Shown in pieces: positions 1 to 13,305 of a DNA stretch of 64,000 bases. Every line of letters starts with the position of its first letter. Position 1 is the first letter of the stretch. The notes below the pieces were generated by a model. That model saw only the letters and a program-made list of their open reading frames with translations. It did no database searches and was not told where the DNA came from. This DNA is from Octopus bimaculoides (lineage: Eukaryota): NCBI RefSeq assembly GCF_001194135.2, contig NC_068997.1, positions 7,980,648-8,044,647 of the forward strand, written 5' to 3'. The translations under genes and the position numbers were made by a program.

Positions 1-160
1 TTTGTGGTGGTGGTGATGTTTGTGGTGGTGGTGATGTTTGTGGTGGTGGTGGTGATGTTTGTGGTGGTGGTTGTGATGTTTGTGGTGGTGGTTGTGGTGG
101 TGGTGATGTTTGTGGTGGTGGTGGTGATGGTGGTGGTGGTGTTTGTGGTGGTGGTATTGT
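1..160. repeat. GTG-based compound microsatellite (tttgtggtggtggtgatg units)
   Basis: Seen directly; explains the poly-Val ORF 4..300. Confidence 0.95.
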
Positions 161-809
161 TAAGTGCGATTACGCTTCCAGTTGAAATCTCTTTCCAACA
201 TGACCAAACATGTTTTGTGTCCCCAGAATTCATTCACTCTTTCAAGCCTGTTGTCTTCTTCCTGCACATTTCTCCCAGGTTTATTGTTAAAGTTGCGTGA
301 CGATATTTGTTTCGATCTTTTTATTATTTATACATTCGAACATTTCTTGTTTAATTTGCTTATGTGTTTAAAAAAAAAACAGTCCACGCTTTTCTTATCA
401 ACTAAAATCGTTTCTAATTAGCCAAATAAAGATGAAAAATTTCAGTGAACTAGAAACCAAATGTAAAGTCTTTGTATTGGACCATATAGATTTCATACAA
501 TCCATCGATATTTTATTGATTGTTTCTGTATCCAACACAACACTCAATCGTCTTACTCCTTTATATAAAGCTGTAAATACAAATTGTCTGCATGTTTTTT
601 TTCTCCCTATTTCCCTGTATTTGTTTCATCTATTTTCCTCTCTCGTAGCTTTGTATTGAACCATATTGCACTTCACTTCGTGCATCTGTAAATGGACTTG
701 TTTCGTCGCGTATTTATGTTGTTCTCCACTGCACCGATGCTGTGATGTATTACATTATCACAGTATCACACAGTATCGACCGGACCTTCAGATGCTGTTA
801 CTGCTGGTC

Positions 810-1100
810 ACAATGCGCTTCTAATTCCGTCATGATTGCGTCATTCTCTCCCGCCTTGACCCAAACCGTCTTCCCATCGTAGTGGAAGCCTTCCAAGTGG
901 CACTTTCCGAGCTCTTGGATATCATTCGGCAATTGCACGGGTCCACCCGTTGTTTGTAAATCTTGTGACATGTCCGGCCTCGGCGGAACTTGTACTTTTG
1001 GTTCTCAGCGGCCACATCGTCCATTCCGTTCCGTGCTCCAATGACCTCATTTCCAATGTTGCATTACAAAGTTTCGTCTGTTGCAAGAAAATACTACAAG
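810..1100 (-). mobile_element. RTE-clade LINE ORF2 C-terminal remnant
   Basis: AGHVTRFTNNGWTRAIAE*YPRARKVPLGRLPLRWED resembles the RTE motif WAGHV.R..DNRWT..V.EW.PR..KR..GRP..RW.D. Confidence 0.7.
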
Positions 1101-1554
1101 ATAAACAAAATGGCTGCGACAAGGTGGTTCTTAACCTCTTCTCTACCAAGGGCCTCTTTTATCTAAATGAATTTTACAACAAATCCCAGGCGTTTAAATG
1201 GTCTTCCAGGGTCGAGAATCACTGCTCTATGTGATCGTTCAACCTGCTACAAATAACAGCCAATTTTTTCTCAAATTACCCTCAATGTTCTTTAGGAAAG
1301 CTTAAAACCATGGATAATGTAGTCTGGGATAAAAATTAAAAAAACTGTCTGAAAAACATGAAAGCGAAAAACAACAAAAACTCCTCGAATCGTCACAACT
1401 GAAACACGTTTGATTTCAATGCAGTATAATAGAATAGTTGAGGAGTGTAGGACCGAAAGAAAGTTTAGACGATGCCAGTCTACGACCCTTGAACTTTCAC
1501 GAGTGATACTTCATCTTTGATCGTAAGTCTGTTTGGTCAGTGATGATCTGGGAT

Positions 1555-1712
1555 CAGGGGCGGACTGAACCGTCGGTCAATCGGGAACTGCCCGAGGACC
1601 CGGAGCTCTGAGGAACCCGCACTCCACATGTTAACTCACTTTGATATCAGTGCTAAGGGGCCCGATGAACAGTTATGCCCGAGGGCCCTTAATATTTTCA
1701 GTTCGCCCCCTA
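1555..1712. mobile_element. hAT-like MITE, about 158 bp
   Basis: TIRs caggggcggactgaa / ttcagttcgcccccta; flanks tctgggat / cctggggc match 5 of 8. Confidence 0.7.
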
Positions 1713-3223
1713 CCTGGGGCTAAACAATACCAATAACAAGAACTATTCAAAGCTAGTGCAAAGCAGGTATTGCAAGATTAAAACTGAAACTAGACGGATC
1801 CACGGTAAAACGGATCGAAATCAAGCTTCGTTGTAACGAACACCGAGTGTAATTGAGAGATGGTTTTTGCAAGGCTTATCTGGGTTGGTGTAAGAGCGGC
1901 GAATAGGACGCCTCGCAGTATTAATTCTAATTCTCTGGACATTTGCGCTGGGGTAAACTTTGTTTTCATCCTTCTGGAATTGATTGAGTACCAGCATTGT
2001 ACTGGAACCAATTCGCTTTTCTTCTTCTCCGCTCTCTCTTGCTCACTCTGTATTTCTTTCTCTCTAGAAGAAACCAGGTGACTTGAGAGGTGTTAAATGC
2101 ACAGGAGGTCATTTATTATGACGGTATCCCTACGACTCCATTAAGAGTTGTAGGAGTCTAATGAAGCAATAGAAATATGTGTTAGGGACGTCATATAAAT
2201 ACATTTTCAATGTCCCCTGACGCCCCAATGCATTATGGAATTTACAATTATTGTAGTTAAACTGCATTGTATAGCGCTATGCTTCATTTACATAGCGCTG
2301 AGCTACAATGCCCTTTCTTTATACTATTTTGTTTTGTAACATATTTTTTGTTCAATACTTCACAGCTTTTCAAAATCTCTCACTATATCACTAATCAACT
2401 AATTTCAAACCAAACCAAATCCTAACTGCTGTTCATTTACCCTTTCTGGATGACGAACTAGTTTCTCATTTGTTTCTGCTTGTTAAACTTTGTTCATACC
2501 ATCACCATGTTCACACACAAACTGTGGTTGTTAACATCATCACCTACTGAGAGAGACTTGTTGCAGTTTCATTTCTCCCAACACATCAGTCAGGTCCTTG
2601 GATGACGTCTGAGGGTCAGACAGCTTTTAGTTGATAATGCTTTAACGTGAGCAACTTTTTCGAGAAGCGGGCCGCATGAGACACAGCTCATCACCGGGCG
2701 AGCAGAACTGCTAAAAAAAATTCAATATAATTTTTCGTTAGGTTTGTCCATGACTGCTTGAGCGAATCACACGAATTAGTCTTCAAATTTGCAATGGACG
2801 AACAGCCCGTTCAAGACCATTGCTCTGATAATTTCTCTTCCTTTACTCTCTTGGAATGGTTGTGTGTTTTTAAAAAGTTCATTTTTAAACCGTGTGATTT
2901 CAGGTTCGATCCTTCTGCACTCACCTGAGATTAAATATCTTCTGCCTTAAGCTTGGAGTCACTGATGCATGTGAATAGAATTTGATCGACAGAAACTGTG
3001 TAGAAGCCCACCATATATGTGTGTATGGATGTCAAACTGCTATTAAATAATATATATATATATTCCTCTATACACGATCATACAAAACCCTTTTTTGTAT
3101 TTATTTTTACTCATATATATATAGATATATATAAGACAAATAGATGTCTTATAAAACTATTCTGCACATACAATAACACCTCCATCATCAGCTGCCCCAC
3201 GGATATCACTATGATTTCGACAC

Positions 3224-6200
3224 TTAGGAAGTACCATTCAATCGGGCGGTGTCAACAGCACTAAAATAAGTGTTGTTTGGGAATAAGCATACCTTAGATA
3301 TCACCACATTCATTCAATCTTAGTGCTAGGAAGGATTAAACACTAACATTATTAATTAAACTACAAAAAAAAACACATTTACCCTATGTACAAAAACAGT
3401 ATTGGTAAATGAATTCAAAACGTAAACCTATAACTAACTCCTGAATTCTCTAACCAAATAGCAACCTAACCCTTGAAGCCCATGCAGATAATATCCCCAC
3501 CAGTCTTCCGTAATTATATGAATATAAAAGTGAAAGCTTTTATATTCAATTCTTTCCAAAACAAAACAAACTCGATTGAACTTAACTAATAATATAACTA
3601 ATTCTGAATGAATTACATTATTTCAGAACCCAAAAGTCAATTAAAACATTCCATACGTATAAATATTCGTTATCCTTAATGCTTTAATGTTAAACTTTTA
3701 CCAGCAATTTAATAGATAATACTAAAATATCCTTATTAAATCAGAAACTAATAAAAGAATATAACAATTATTATTAAAAACCTTGTTACGATTAAAGCTA
3801 AATATATAACTGTTTAAAAGATAATAATATAAAATATAAAGTATTACCACTTACATGTTATCTGGACACACGAGGTTCAAGTCACCTATTTTCTCAAATG
3901 TCTTAACTATTTGGTGACGTAGTGCGTAGTCCATTAGTTTCTCAAGTGTCTTTAACTCTTTTGGTGAAGCAATTAGAAGTACGCAATTAGAGTGACTTGT
4001 AAACAGTCCAAATATAGACAACCTACAATCCAAATCGTTAGACGTTTACAAATATTTACTAAGTTGAAGGCTAGAAATTACACCATATTTATTTAAAATT
4101 TCCAGTCTCCCACTTAAACAGCGATTAAACATTTTAACTAATTTACCATATCTATCCCTTTGTTCTACTAAATGTCTTATCAGTTTATTCATTCTTTACA
4201 AAAATCTATTAGTGTTATTTATAATAGTGCCATACCTGATAATCTGGCCTGAAAAACACCATAACCTATAAACGAAGGAATTCTACTAATGAACCATTGA
4301 AAATACACACACACACATACACACTCACATGTATATATATACATATATATATCTATGTATACATACATACGTATATATAATATATATATATTTCTATATC
4401 TATATTAGACCGAATGAGATAACAAATCTAAGGCTGTGAGGAGTTTTCAGGACATTTATAATGAAATAGTCTTTCTGTCGGTTATTTAGTTCCATACATC
4501 TACCTCAACTTTCGTATTGTCGAAGGGACGATTTAGTTAATGCCAGACATTGACTATGGTCGATTAAGTCAATAATAACTCAACAGATTTTTTTATCATT
4601 ATAGTTATCACTACTGTCATACCATCGAAAACTTGATTTTTGGATCCGTCTGTGTCATTGACAAGAATGTCTATTAATTTTCTTCAGGACTTGCCTAATT
4701 ACAATTCCATTTCTTTTGATATAAACAATTCTTTTTTGCTGAATAGTTTGCGTTGAAACAATTTTCCAAAGTACTTGTTAACACCGCACGGGGTCCTAAG
4801 AATGTATAATTAAATAGATACACCAGTGGTTAGGGTATCATGTCTTCGTTGGAGAACATTGTCTAAGATATCGATTCATGGAAGCAGTTTGTGGCTCTGT
4901 GATATCTAAGATTTACTGCAGATGGCACCACTGTGAAAACACTGAGGTGGAGAGAAGAATGGTACAATCCAGACAGGAGAGTTTGTGGAGAGCGAAATAA
5001 TAGCGATTAATTCTTGGAAACAAGAGAATTGAAAGTAGAATCATGACTTGAGGTAAAACTGAGTTGAAAAAATGAGTCAGAAAAAACCGCGTAAGCGCAT
5101 GGTTCATGGAATGTTCTGACAAGAAACATCCGAATCAATGGTTGAGAGAGAAAGAGAGGGAGAGACAAAGAGACAGAGAGAGAAAGAGAGAGAGATGGAG
5201 AATATTAGCAAGTCGGTTTAGCTTGACTTTCTCATACCAGAGACATTCAAAAGCTAAGCTTGATATTAAAAGAAGCAAAGTTGCTCCCGCAGAACTTCTA
5301 AAGCGTGCCTACTAGCGTGTGACGTAAGGAAGTAAGTTTCCTGTAGATCGAGTTCTATTGAAACCCTATTGAGGGTCACCGAGAAAAGAGACATTCAAAA
5401 TGATGGCTGATTACAGTTCCTTCCATCACTACACAGACGGCAAAAGTTAAGGTGATAAGGGGTGGCAGCTGGCAACACTGTCGAGTAATTCTGTACAGTG
5501 GGACATATCTCTATAGTGAAAGAAAAACTGAGGAATTGGGGCAAGAATGTACACAGAATTATATAGGCATGTACACATGTGCATATATACACAAACGCAC
5601 TCATAGACACGTACCCACATATACTAAAACATATCAATAAACTTTTTAATTAGACATTTCGAAACAAATGTTTTTTTTTTTTTCTGAACCAGAATGAAAC
5701 TCAAGGAAGCTTGTATTTGCATGAAAGATATTTAGCCACGTGCTTACAAGGCGTTAACAGTTCAGTTCTTTTGTGTGTGTATGTGTATAAGTATCTATAT
5801 TTGTATATGCAAGCATCTGAACAGGAGCATGCAAAATGAACACGCTCATACACTCAATTTTAAAAAAAAAACATTAATTAAAACGCTACGTAAACAACTA
5901 GGCAATTTCACGACTTCGCTTGTATGGAATTTAAGACGTTTATTGTATAGGAAATTTTGCCAAAATTTCATGTGAGACGAAGTGATGGTGGTAGAGGCAT
6001 AAAGTCAGTCCAGACAGCTTTTGAATGCTGCATTGTATCACTAAGACAACACCTGCAGAACAGTAAAGAAAGAAATGAGTACATTCCATGCATATTCAAA
6101 AGTGAAAGCAACAACATCTTCAGAATTGGAGAGGAACAACTGCATAGGTACTCTGCGAATACAACTGTCTCGTGTAACCCAAAAGAGGCTGGACTGGACT

Positions 6201-7402
6201 AGCTAAACAGGAGCTTGGAGGAGAAGCAGGCATTATACCAACAAAGAAGCAATATATGGGTACAAATTCTGTAAGTGAGAGGGCAACAGCAACATCGACA
6301 GAAAGAATAGCCACTCCTGGACCTGCGTGAGATACATTACATCCCACCTAGAACGATATGCCTTCGCTATCCAGGAACCGGAGATAGCTAATAAATATCT
6401 GATAAGCAAGAGGGATAAAGATATCACCAAACCTCCACACTGGGATAAAAATTGTCAGCTCTGCTATACAAACGTGGACGATATCATCCAATACACTCTC
6501 AGAGTGGTTGGCGTTAGGAAGGGCATCCAGCTGTAGAAATCTTACCAGATCAGATTGGAGCCTGGTGCAGCCTCCTGACATGCCAGTCCTCAGTCAAACT
6601 GTCCAACCCATGCCAGCGTGAAAAGCGGACGTTAAACAATGATGATGATCATCATCATCATAATCATCATCTTCAGCAACTGTCCCCCAAATGTCTTTGA
6701 GATACCGTTTGCCCCTGAGGCATGATATAGCTGCAAATACTATTTACAATGCTATCCACAGGAAGGACTGCCCAGACGTATACATCAAAGGCATGTCAGA
6801 ACCAGCAGGTATTCACACCTGTAAAAACAAGGAATATTAATGGAGCACCCTAATAAAAACCTCAATTCGGTGCAGACATAACACCTGTGAGACAGAGAAC
6901 AAAAGTTATGCACTGTTGTAGGGGTCAGATGCCCAGCAGATGTGAATGTACGATGTAAAGTCCAGGAAAAAGAGAACATTTAAGGCGAATTAACGCGGAA
7001 CTTACAGCTCTTGTTTCCTGACTGTGAATTCTCATTTGTACCTATCTTCATAGGGGCATCGGGTTATGGGACTGACAAATTTGCACAAAAGCCTGGAAAT
7101 ACTCGGTTTTTCAAGGAAAGAGCATAAGAAACTGACGCGGATTCTCCAAATCCAATCTATTAGTGGCACAGTGAAGGTTTGTAAAACATTCCAAAACTAC
7201 TCAATCAGTGATTTTTATGTGATTAGATGGACACACTTGGGTGTATGCAACGAAAGTTCAACCAACACACCATCTCAACCACATATTTACAAACACCGGG
7301 AACCTTCTCATCTCAAAAAGTCTTGTCACTTTGTTAGTGACCGGCTTGAACTCTCAAGAACTTAACTAAAACTGAATTTTTTAAAAACCATACATATATA
7401 CA

Positions 7403-7481
<79 letters not shown>

Positions 7482-7996
7482 AAGCGCACGTATGTATTTA
7501 ATATGTAGAAAAGGTGGGTTACTTTCAAATCTCTGAATGACCGTCTCCATGTCATACATCATCATAATGATGGGGCCTCTCCACAACCGACCGACCGACC
7601 TTCCAGGAATAGCGATCAATTTTCACACGCAACCGGTTTTTACAAAAGCAGAGGGTGCTTTCCATTGGATTGCCTTTTACTGAGACTATACTGAGACTTC
7701 GTGGCTCATTACTACACCAACAACATCTACCTAAGTTGTTGTTTTGATCATGGGACCACACGATCAAATGTAGACCCACAATCAAAGCTTTTTCAGCTTT
7801 AGACATCCAATGTTGGAGAACATTTTGGACCATTACAATATCTAATGCATTCTTCCTTTTTTTTCTTTTTTGTTGTACAAGAGAATAGAATTTGAAGGGA
7901 CGTAGCTGTTATTTCTAACCGGTCGAATGACTACACGGAGATTCGCTTATTGGACCCAATGTGTCCTTCGATAGAATTTAGAAGTTACTTAGCGAC

Positions 7997-8048
<52 letters not shown>

Positions 8049-8343
8049 TCAACAACGATGTTGATGGAGATGATGTTGATGGAGATGATGTTACGACGTC
8101 GACGACGATGATGATGATGATGATGATGGTGAAGGTAATGAGAATGACGGCGGCGACGACAACAACGACAATGATGATGATGATGGTTCTCTTTACCTGA
8201 GCAGCTCTTTGGGAAATTATCCTTTCGGCTAAAGTCCTACCATCGGAAGGTTTATTCTTTTCCTTTTTACGAAATTTCGGTCCTTTTCTCGTTCGTCGCT
8301 GTACATCCTCCTCCATTTTGGAAAAAAAAATCTCAGGGCTCAT
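3224..8343 (-). CDS. Candidate small spliced gene of unknown function (about 90-99 aa, basic N-terminus)
   Basis: Putative exons: 8343/8316-8197 (M...QRAAQ|gtaaag), 4248-4236 (13 nt, tttttcag/gtatgg), 3957-3855 (ELKTLEKLMDYALRHQIVKTFEKIGDLNLVCPDN|gtaagt) and 3260-3224 (ttattttag, ends in TAA). Phases join, but the 3957 acceptor is a weak AAG and no homology is recognised. Confidence 0.4.
5930..7345 (+). mobile_element. Degenerate R4/Dong-like non-LTR retrotransposon (post-RT region, zinc knuckle, restriction-like endonuclease)
   Basis: RRSDGGRGIKSV; ERYAFAIQEPEIANKYL...DKNCQLC; LPLRHDIAANTIY; an EVSCPADVNV...K..EKE-like segment and VPI.IGA.G...LHKSLEILG in shifting frames. Interrupted at about 6490-6670. 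Confidence 0.7.
6490..6670 (+). mobile_element. RTE-type 3' tail repeat inserted in the R4-like element
   Basis: tacactctcagagtggttggcgttaggaagggcatccagc...gcggacgttaaacaatgatgatgat. Confidence 0.85.
7407..7480. repeat. (TG)37 microsatellite
   Basis: Seen directly. Confidence 0.97.
7540..7840 (-). mobile_element. Decayed RTE/BovB-like LINE fragment
   Basis: W(T)MSKAEK..I and GK....R..GRP-like remnants across frames. Confidence 0.4.
7997..8185. repeat. (TTA)n followed by GAT/GAC tracts
   Basis: Seen directly; lies just 3' of the putative donor at 8196. Confidence 0.9.
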
Positions 8344-8524
8344 TCACCCCTACTCTTTACAAAATGTTTGTTTTATTTGATTATACGAAATGCTTTCTTT
8401 TATTGTAGTTAAGACCGAGCTTCAGCTTCGTTTTCACAAGATGTGCCTTGTTACACAAAGAATTAATAATTTTATACATCTAAAAAACATATTGGTCAAA
8501 AATATTCTAATTCATCAATATATT

Positions 8525-8545
8525 TTTTCGCGACTTCCTGTTTTG
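8525..8545 (-). promoter_or_regulatory. ETS-type motif (ACAGGAAGT) with adjacent CGCG, about 190 nt upstream of the candidate small gene ATG
   Basis: Plus strand cgcgacttcctgtttt. The motif is common at housekeeping promoters, but it is short and could occur by chance. Confidence 0.25.
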
Positions 8546-9064
8546 CAATAAATGGAATTATGTATTTTTGTTCGTTTTTGTTTTGTTTTAGAGAGAGACA
8601 TCTCCAAAAATAGTAAATTCAGTGCTTTTGATGAATTTAATCGCAGAAAAACTTCTGTGGTGCAGAACTATACACACACACACATATATATATATTTTGG
8701 AGTAGTCTCGAATATAGCCAGCCGAAACTGCAAAGATAATCTGGAACTTGACTGACGAAAGAAAACCCCGAACGAGCCGTCCTTGTTTTTTCTTGTCTCT
8801 TTTTGTATCAGCCAACTGTCCGGATGTTTTGTTGTCGCCTGTTGCATTCTTGTCCCATTTTTTGTAGTGTCTCTAATGTTTATTTGAGGCCGAATATCAA
8901 ACAAAGTCCTGAATTATTTTTAACCAACGAGGAAGCGTGACCTGTCTTTAAAACTGTGAGTGAACGCGTTAAGTCGTTAATCTTAGGCCTATGTTGCCCA
9001 TCAAAATATCCGGGTGGGGAATAAAGATTAGCATGGTGATCAAACAATTGACCAAGAGTGCCGC

Positions 9065-10094
9065 TGAACAACAAAAACAACAACAACAACAACAACAACA
9101 TATGAACAAACATGTGAAGGAATAGAAGATGAAGTAATGCAGTGTTTACCGTTTGGTGCTCACTGTTGTCTCCGATAGTATTGTGGGCATGGTGGTGGTG
9201 GTGGTGATGATGATGGTGATGGTGGTGGTGGTGGTGGACGTTGTTGTCATCTTTATTGTTCCTTCTGTTCCAGTATTGCCCGTTACGGTCGCCGTTGGGA
9301 GAAAGTGCTGCTGCTGTGATTGNNNNNNNNNNAGTTTTTTTTTTTTAATTTCCTACTAATTGGCCACACTTGTCGCTTCTAGTCTTCAGGTTGTTGCTAT
9401 GGTGAAGGGGAAATTCCCGGAGGTAATGTTCTAGTAGTAGTAGTAGTAGTTGTTGTTGTTGTTGTTTCCGATGTCTTTTTGTTGTTGTTCTTCGAGGCGG
9501 CAGCGTTGCCCGTTGTCACTTGGGTTGCTTTGTTTTTATTGTTTAACGATGCTGCTGACGATGATGATGATGATGATCTGGTGAAGTTGCTAATTGCTAA
9601 TATGGTTGTTGTTGTTGTTGTTGTTGCTGTTGTCACAGTTATTGATGTCATCATTGACGATCGCTGCTGTTGATGGTGATGGGTTGAGCTGCGACAGCGA
9701 AAGGAAGATGTGACGACGTTTGAAGTTATCGATAACACTGAAGACGCTGACAAAAATATTGACGACGACGACGATGATGATGATGATGATGATGATGTTA
9801 TTGGTAAGGATCGTGATGATGATGACGACGAGGCTGCTGCTGCTGCTGGTAACTTTGTGGTGAAGATGGTAGTAGAGATGGTGATAGCACGTGGTAGTTG
9901 TGGTGATAATGGTGATGAATTCAAACTTTGTGTGTTTGTGTGTTTTGTTACATGTGTCTACATGTTTGCTTTGCTTTAGTTTATGTGCATGTATAATATG
10001 TGTGGGNNNNNNNNNNGAGGCCATTTATGCTTCATGGCGGTGACTGTGGCCTTGGTGTTTGACACAAATGTCTGCTGCTGCTTCTGCTGCTACT

Positions 10095-10130
<36 letters not shown>

Positions 10131-10160
10131 GCCAACACGACCGTGTTCCGACCACCACTA
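9065..10160. repeat. Compound trinucleotide microsatellite field (CAA, GTG, GTA, GTT, GAT, GCT, CTA)
   Basis: Seen directly; source of the low-complexity ORFs at 9153-10228. Confidence 0.92.
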
Positions 10161-10329
10161 ACTTGACCCGCCCCTCCTATCAAACTAGTCTTTGAGAAAC
10201 GCCATGCACATCTGCTGAATAATTTCACTGGTTTTCCGTCAAATAAACTTTGCTAAAGATCCAACATTTTATTAAGCTATCTCTCCACACACACACACAC
10301 ACCCCTGCATTAAACGGTTTCTATTCATT

Positions 10330-10830
10330 TCAGACATCACCTGGACAATGACTCCCTTCAGTGACGCTATGTTACTAAGGGGACACGTCCATTAATTTCT
10401 CTACGTTGTCGTCTTTGCGATTTAGACCGTTAGTTTTGGTCGCGGTTTTTCTCATCAGAGAACAACCAAAGCATCCCACGATCGTAATAATTTTTAACCG
10501 ATTGGAACCGGATCAAACGGTTTTCCTGTGTCTTAGCAGACATGAATTGGCCTCTCGTCGGTACATCCAAATTGTATCGAATTCCTTGTGCGCCACAGTT
10601 TTGGTGATTCATCGTGATACCTGAGGTTCTTTGGCGATAACTCCTATTGGTTTTCTCTGATTATCATCGTTAATGTTTTCAACACTTTGAACCAATTGCC
10701 GTCTTTTACTGTCCGAACGTTTAGAATGCTTTTTTTATTTTTTTCATTTTGACGCAATTGAAACATTCCCGCCAGATGCAACATTTCGAAACGTGACAGT
10801 TTCTAAACCGGTGCATTCCGTACATATACT
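10330..10830 (-). mobile_element. Degenerate maT (DD37D, Bmmar1-like) transposase fragment
   Basis: RGQFMSAKTQENRLIR...LWLFSDEKN matches the recalled maT motif RGQFMSEKTKENRL...WFFSDEKNF; multiple frameshifts. Confidence 0.7.
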
Positions 10831-10959
10831 CACAATAACAGCACAAGAGATGAAAATCTCTTGTACTCGCATTTTGTCTGTCTTGAGGGATGTGAAATGA
10901 ATAAAAAGTTGTTAATTGATTTGAAGAGAGTAAAGAAAGGTAAAAAAAATATTAAAAAA

Positions 10960-11205
10960 ACCCACTCCTTCGCTCATGAATGACCAGTGGATTGCACCTT
11001 GAAAGTTCCTCTCAGAGGCTAAAGTCCAGGCAAGGTTGTTTATGGAAGGCCAGCAGCCGTCCAAGCATACCAGCCTTCCCTGTCCTCCACGCCACCGATG
11101 TTTTCCAAGGGAAAGGCAAAGGGGCCAATACAGCTTGGCACACAGTGACGCCGTGAAATAAAGTATCATGCTCAAGAATACAGCACAGCCCAATCCGGGA
11201 GAGTA
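10960..11205 (-). mobile_element. SINE copy with an internal deletion
   Basis: Reverse of a tRNA-head/cttgagca...tttatttcacg type element; recalled as an abundant cephalopod repeat. Confidence 0.6.
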
Positions 11206-11239
11206 ATATATTGATAATTAAGTGTCCTCAAATACCCCT

Positions 11240-12450
11240 CGCACCCTGTATCTTCGCTGTGCTTCTTCCCCGTTCATTGATTTTTGCGATTCCTGAAATG
11301 AAGGGACAGCGTGCTTCCGTGAAATTCTGTTTTCTGCTGGGAAAAACGGCAGCCGAAACAATTCTCATGATTCAAACAGCTTACAAGGATGCTGCTGCCA
11401 TGAGCAAAACACAAGTTTGCGAGAGGTTTTCACGTTTTATCAATGATCATGTGTCACTTGAAGACCAACCTCGTTCAGGACGACCGTCGACCTCCCGAAC
11501 GAATGAAAACATCACGAAAATTCATGAACTGATCTTGGAGGACCGTCACCAAACAACTAACGAACTTGTTGATATGACTGGTGTGTCCTGGAGCTCGAAC
11601 TAACGAATTTTGAACGAAGAATAGCGAATGAGAAGAGTTGCAGCAAATTCTGTGCCTCACTTACTCACGAAAGATCAAAAGCGGTCGCGATTGAACGCAT
11701 GTCGTGAACTGAGAGAACAACTGGAAGTTGATCGGAACCTTTTTTTCAAAGGTCATCATTAGTGACGAAAGCTGGTGCTACGGCTACGACACGGACACGA
11801 AGCAGCAATCAAGTCAATGGAAGCATTCGATGCCACAACGCCTCACCAAAAGTGCATCAAATGAAGTCCAATGTCAAGATGATGCGGATTTGTTTCATCG
11901 ATGCGAGAGGAATTGTTCACACAGAATTTGTTTCTCCTTGTCAAAACTGTTAACCAGACATTTTACTTGGAAGTCCTGAAGCGTTTGCGAGACCCGGCGA
12001 GAAGAAGCCATCCCGAACAGTGGCAAAGTGGAGAGTAGTGGTTTCATCACGACAATGCGCCTGCGCACACTGTCTTAAGTATGAGACAGTTTTTGATCAA
12101 ATATGGCATGAACCCACTTACCCACCCTCCCTATTCACCCAACCTTGCTTCCTGCGACTTCTTTTTTTGTTTCCCCCGAATGAAAAACGTCCTTAAAGGA
12201 AAACGTTTTGCAGATGTGGAAGTGGTGAAGAAGAGAAAAAAAAGAAGAAAAAAACGACGGAGGCGTTAAAAGGCGTTCTTTCGCAAGAGTTCTAAGATTG
12301 CTTCATGGAAAACAGTGGAAAACGCGTCTGGACCGATGCATTGCTTCAAATGGAGAATACTTTGAAGGCGGTTAAAGTGTAAACCTGTAATACTAAGTGA
12401 ATAAAATAATATTGCAAAGTTCCGGTTTCTTTTAAGTAACCCCTCGTGTA
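11240..12450 (+). mobile_element. Degenerate mariner (DD34D) transposon, frameshifted
   Basis: MKGQRASVKFCFLLGKTAAET...SGRPSTS, IISDESWCYGYD, HHDNAPAH and HPPYSPNLASCDFF spread over three frames. A TIR-like end (...aagtaacccctcgtgta) lies at about 12420-12450; the left TIR was not found. Confidence 0.92.
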
Positions 12451-13305
12451 AACATATATATATATATATATAATACATACGTACATAAATACATAAATAC
12501 ATACAGACATGCATACAGACACACGTATAAAGTTCTATATCATTTTCCATCGTTGCTACCATCGAGACACATTATTAACACAATTTACCATTTAGTCAGT
12601 TTATTCTGCTTGATTATATAAGCAACAGATCATGACTGCAGTTATGGAGACGCCTGTAACTGTAACGTAATTATGACATGTTCTCGGTGAAGCGATTCCC
12701 TGAGATAATTTTTCATTCACACTTGCAGCAGTTCGGCTTCAAACAATAATAGTTTCGATAAGTTTTACGCTATGAATAGTTAATGGCCGCTATTGAACTG
12801 TAAATCATGTTAGATTGCGGATGAAGTTCTTGTAAGGATAATGAATATTACACAGTAGGATATACTCGTCAGACATTTGCTTATTTCAAAAAGTATTTTT
12901 ATACATCAGAACAAGTTGCTATGTAACATTATTTATATGATTTTTATAAGCATCGCTGCTTCAACCATATTATTTAGCTGAAGGTAGTGGTCTCTTTTTT
13001 GCAGTTATAAACATGTACAATTTTCCCCTGATTTTTCTCTTGATATAGAGTATGCAATTTTCATATTTTTATCATTGTTAGAAAAATATGAAAGATATGG
13101 GGAAAAATAAAAATCAAATAATTTATTTGTTATATATTTTTAATTCTAACAATTATTCCTCTGGGATGTGCGCGCCATTCCGCTTTCACGTCAAACACCA
13201 TTGTTCACTGAACAACAAATATTGCCTAATCAGTGATGGCCAACCAAAAATTGTTCTCTCATAGTCAGGTCTAGCAGTTATATGTAAACTATACTTCATT
13301 GTATA

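Noticed and set aside
2640-2830. Possible Tc1/maT transposase C-terminal remnant on the minus strand
   Set aside because: The similarity (DSLKQSWTNLTKNYI) is too short and degenerate to support without a search.
4620-4800. Segment with good acceptor and donor inside the candidate small gene
   Set aside because: All three frames contain stops before the donor.
9153-10228. Several ORFs of 64-175 aa rich in Ser, Thr, Asp, Val or Ile
   Set aside because: They are translations of trinucleotide microsatellites with no splice structure or family motif.
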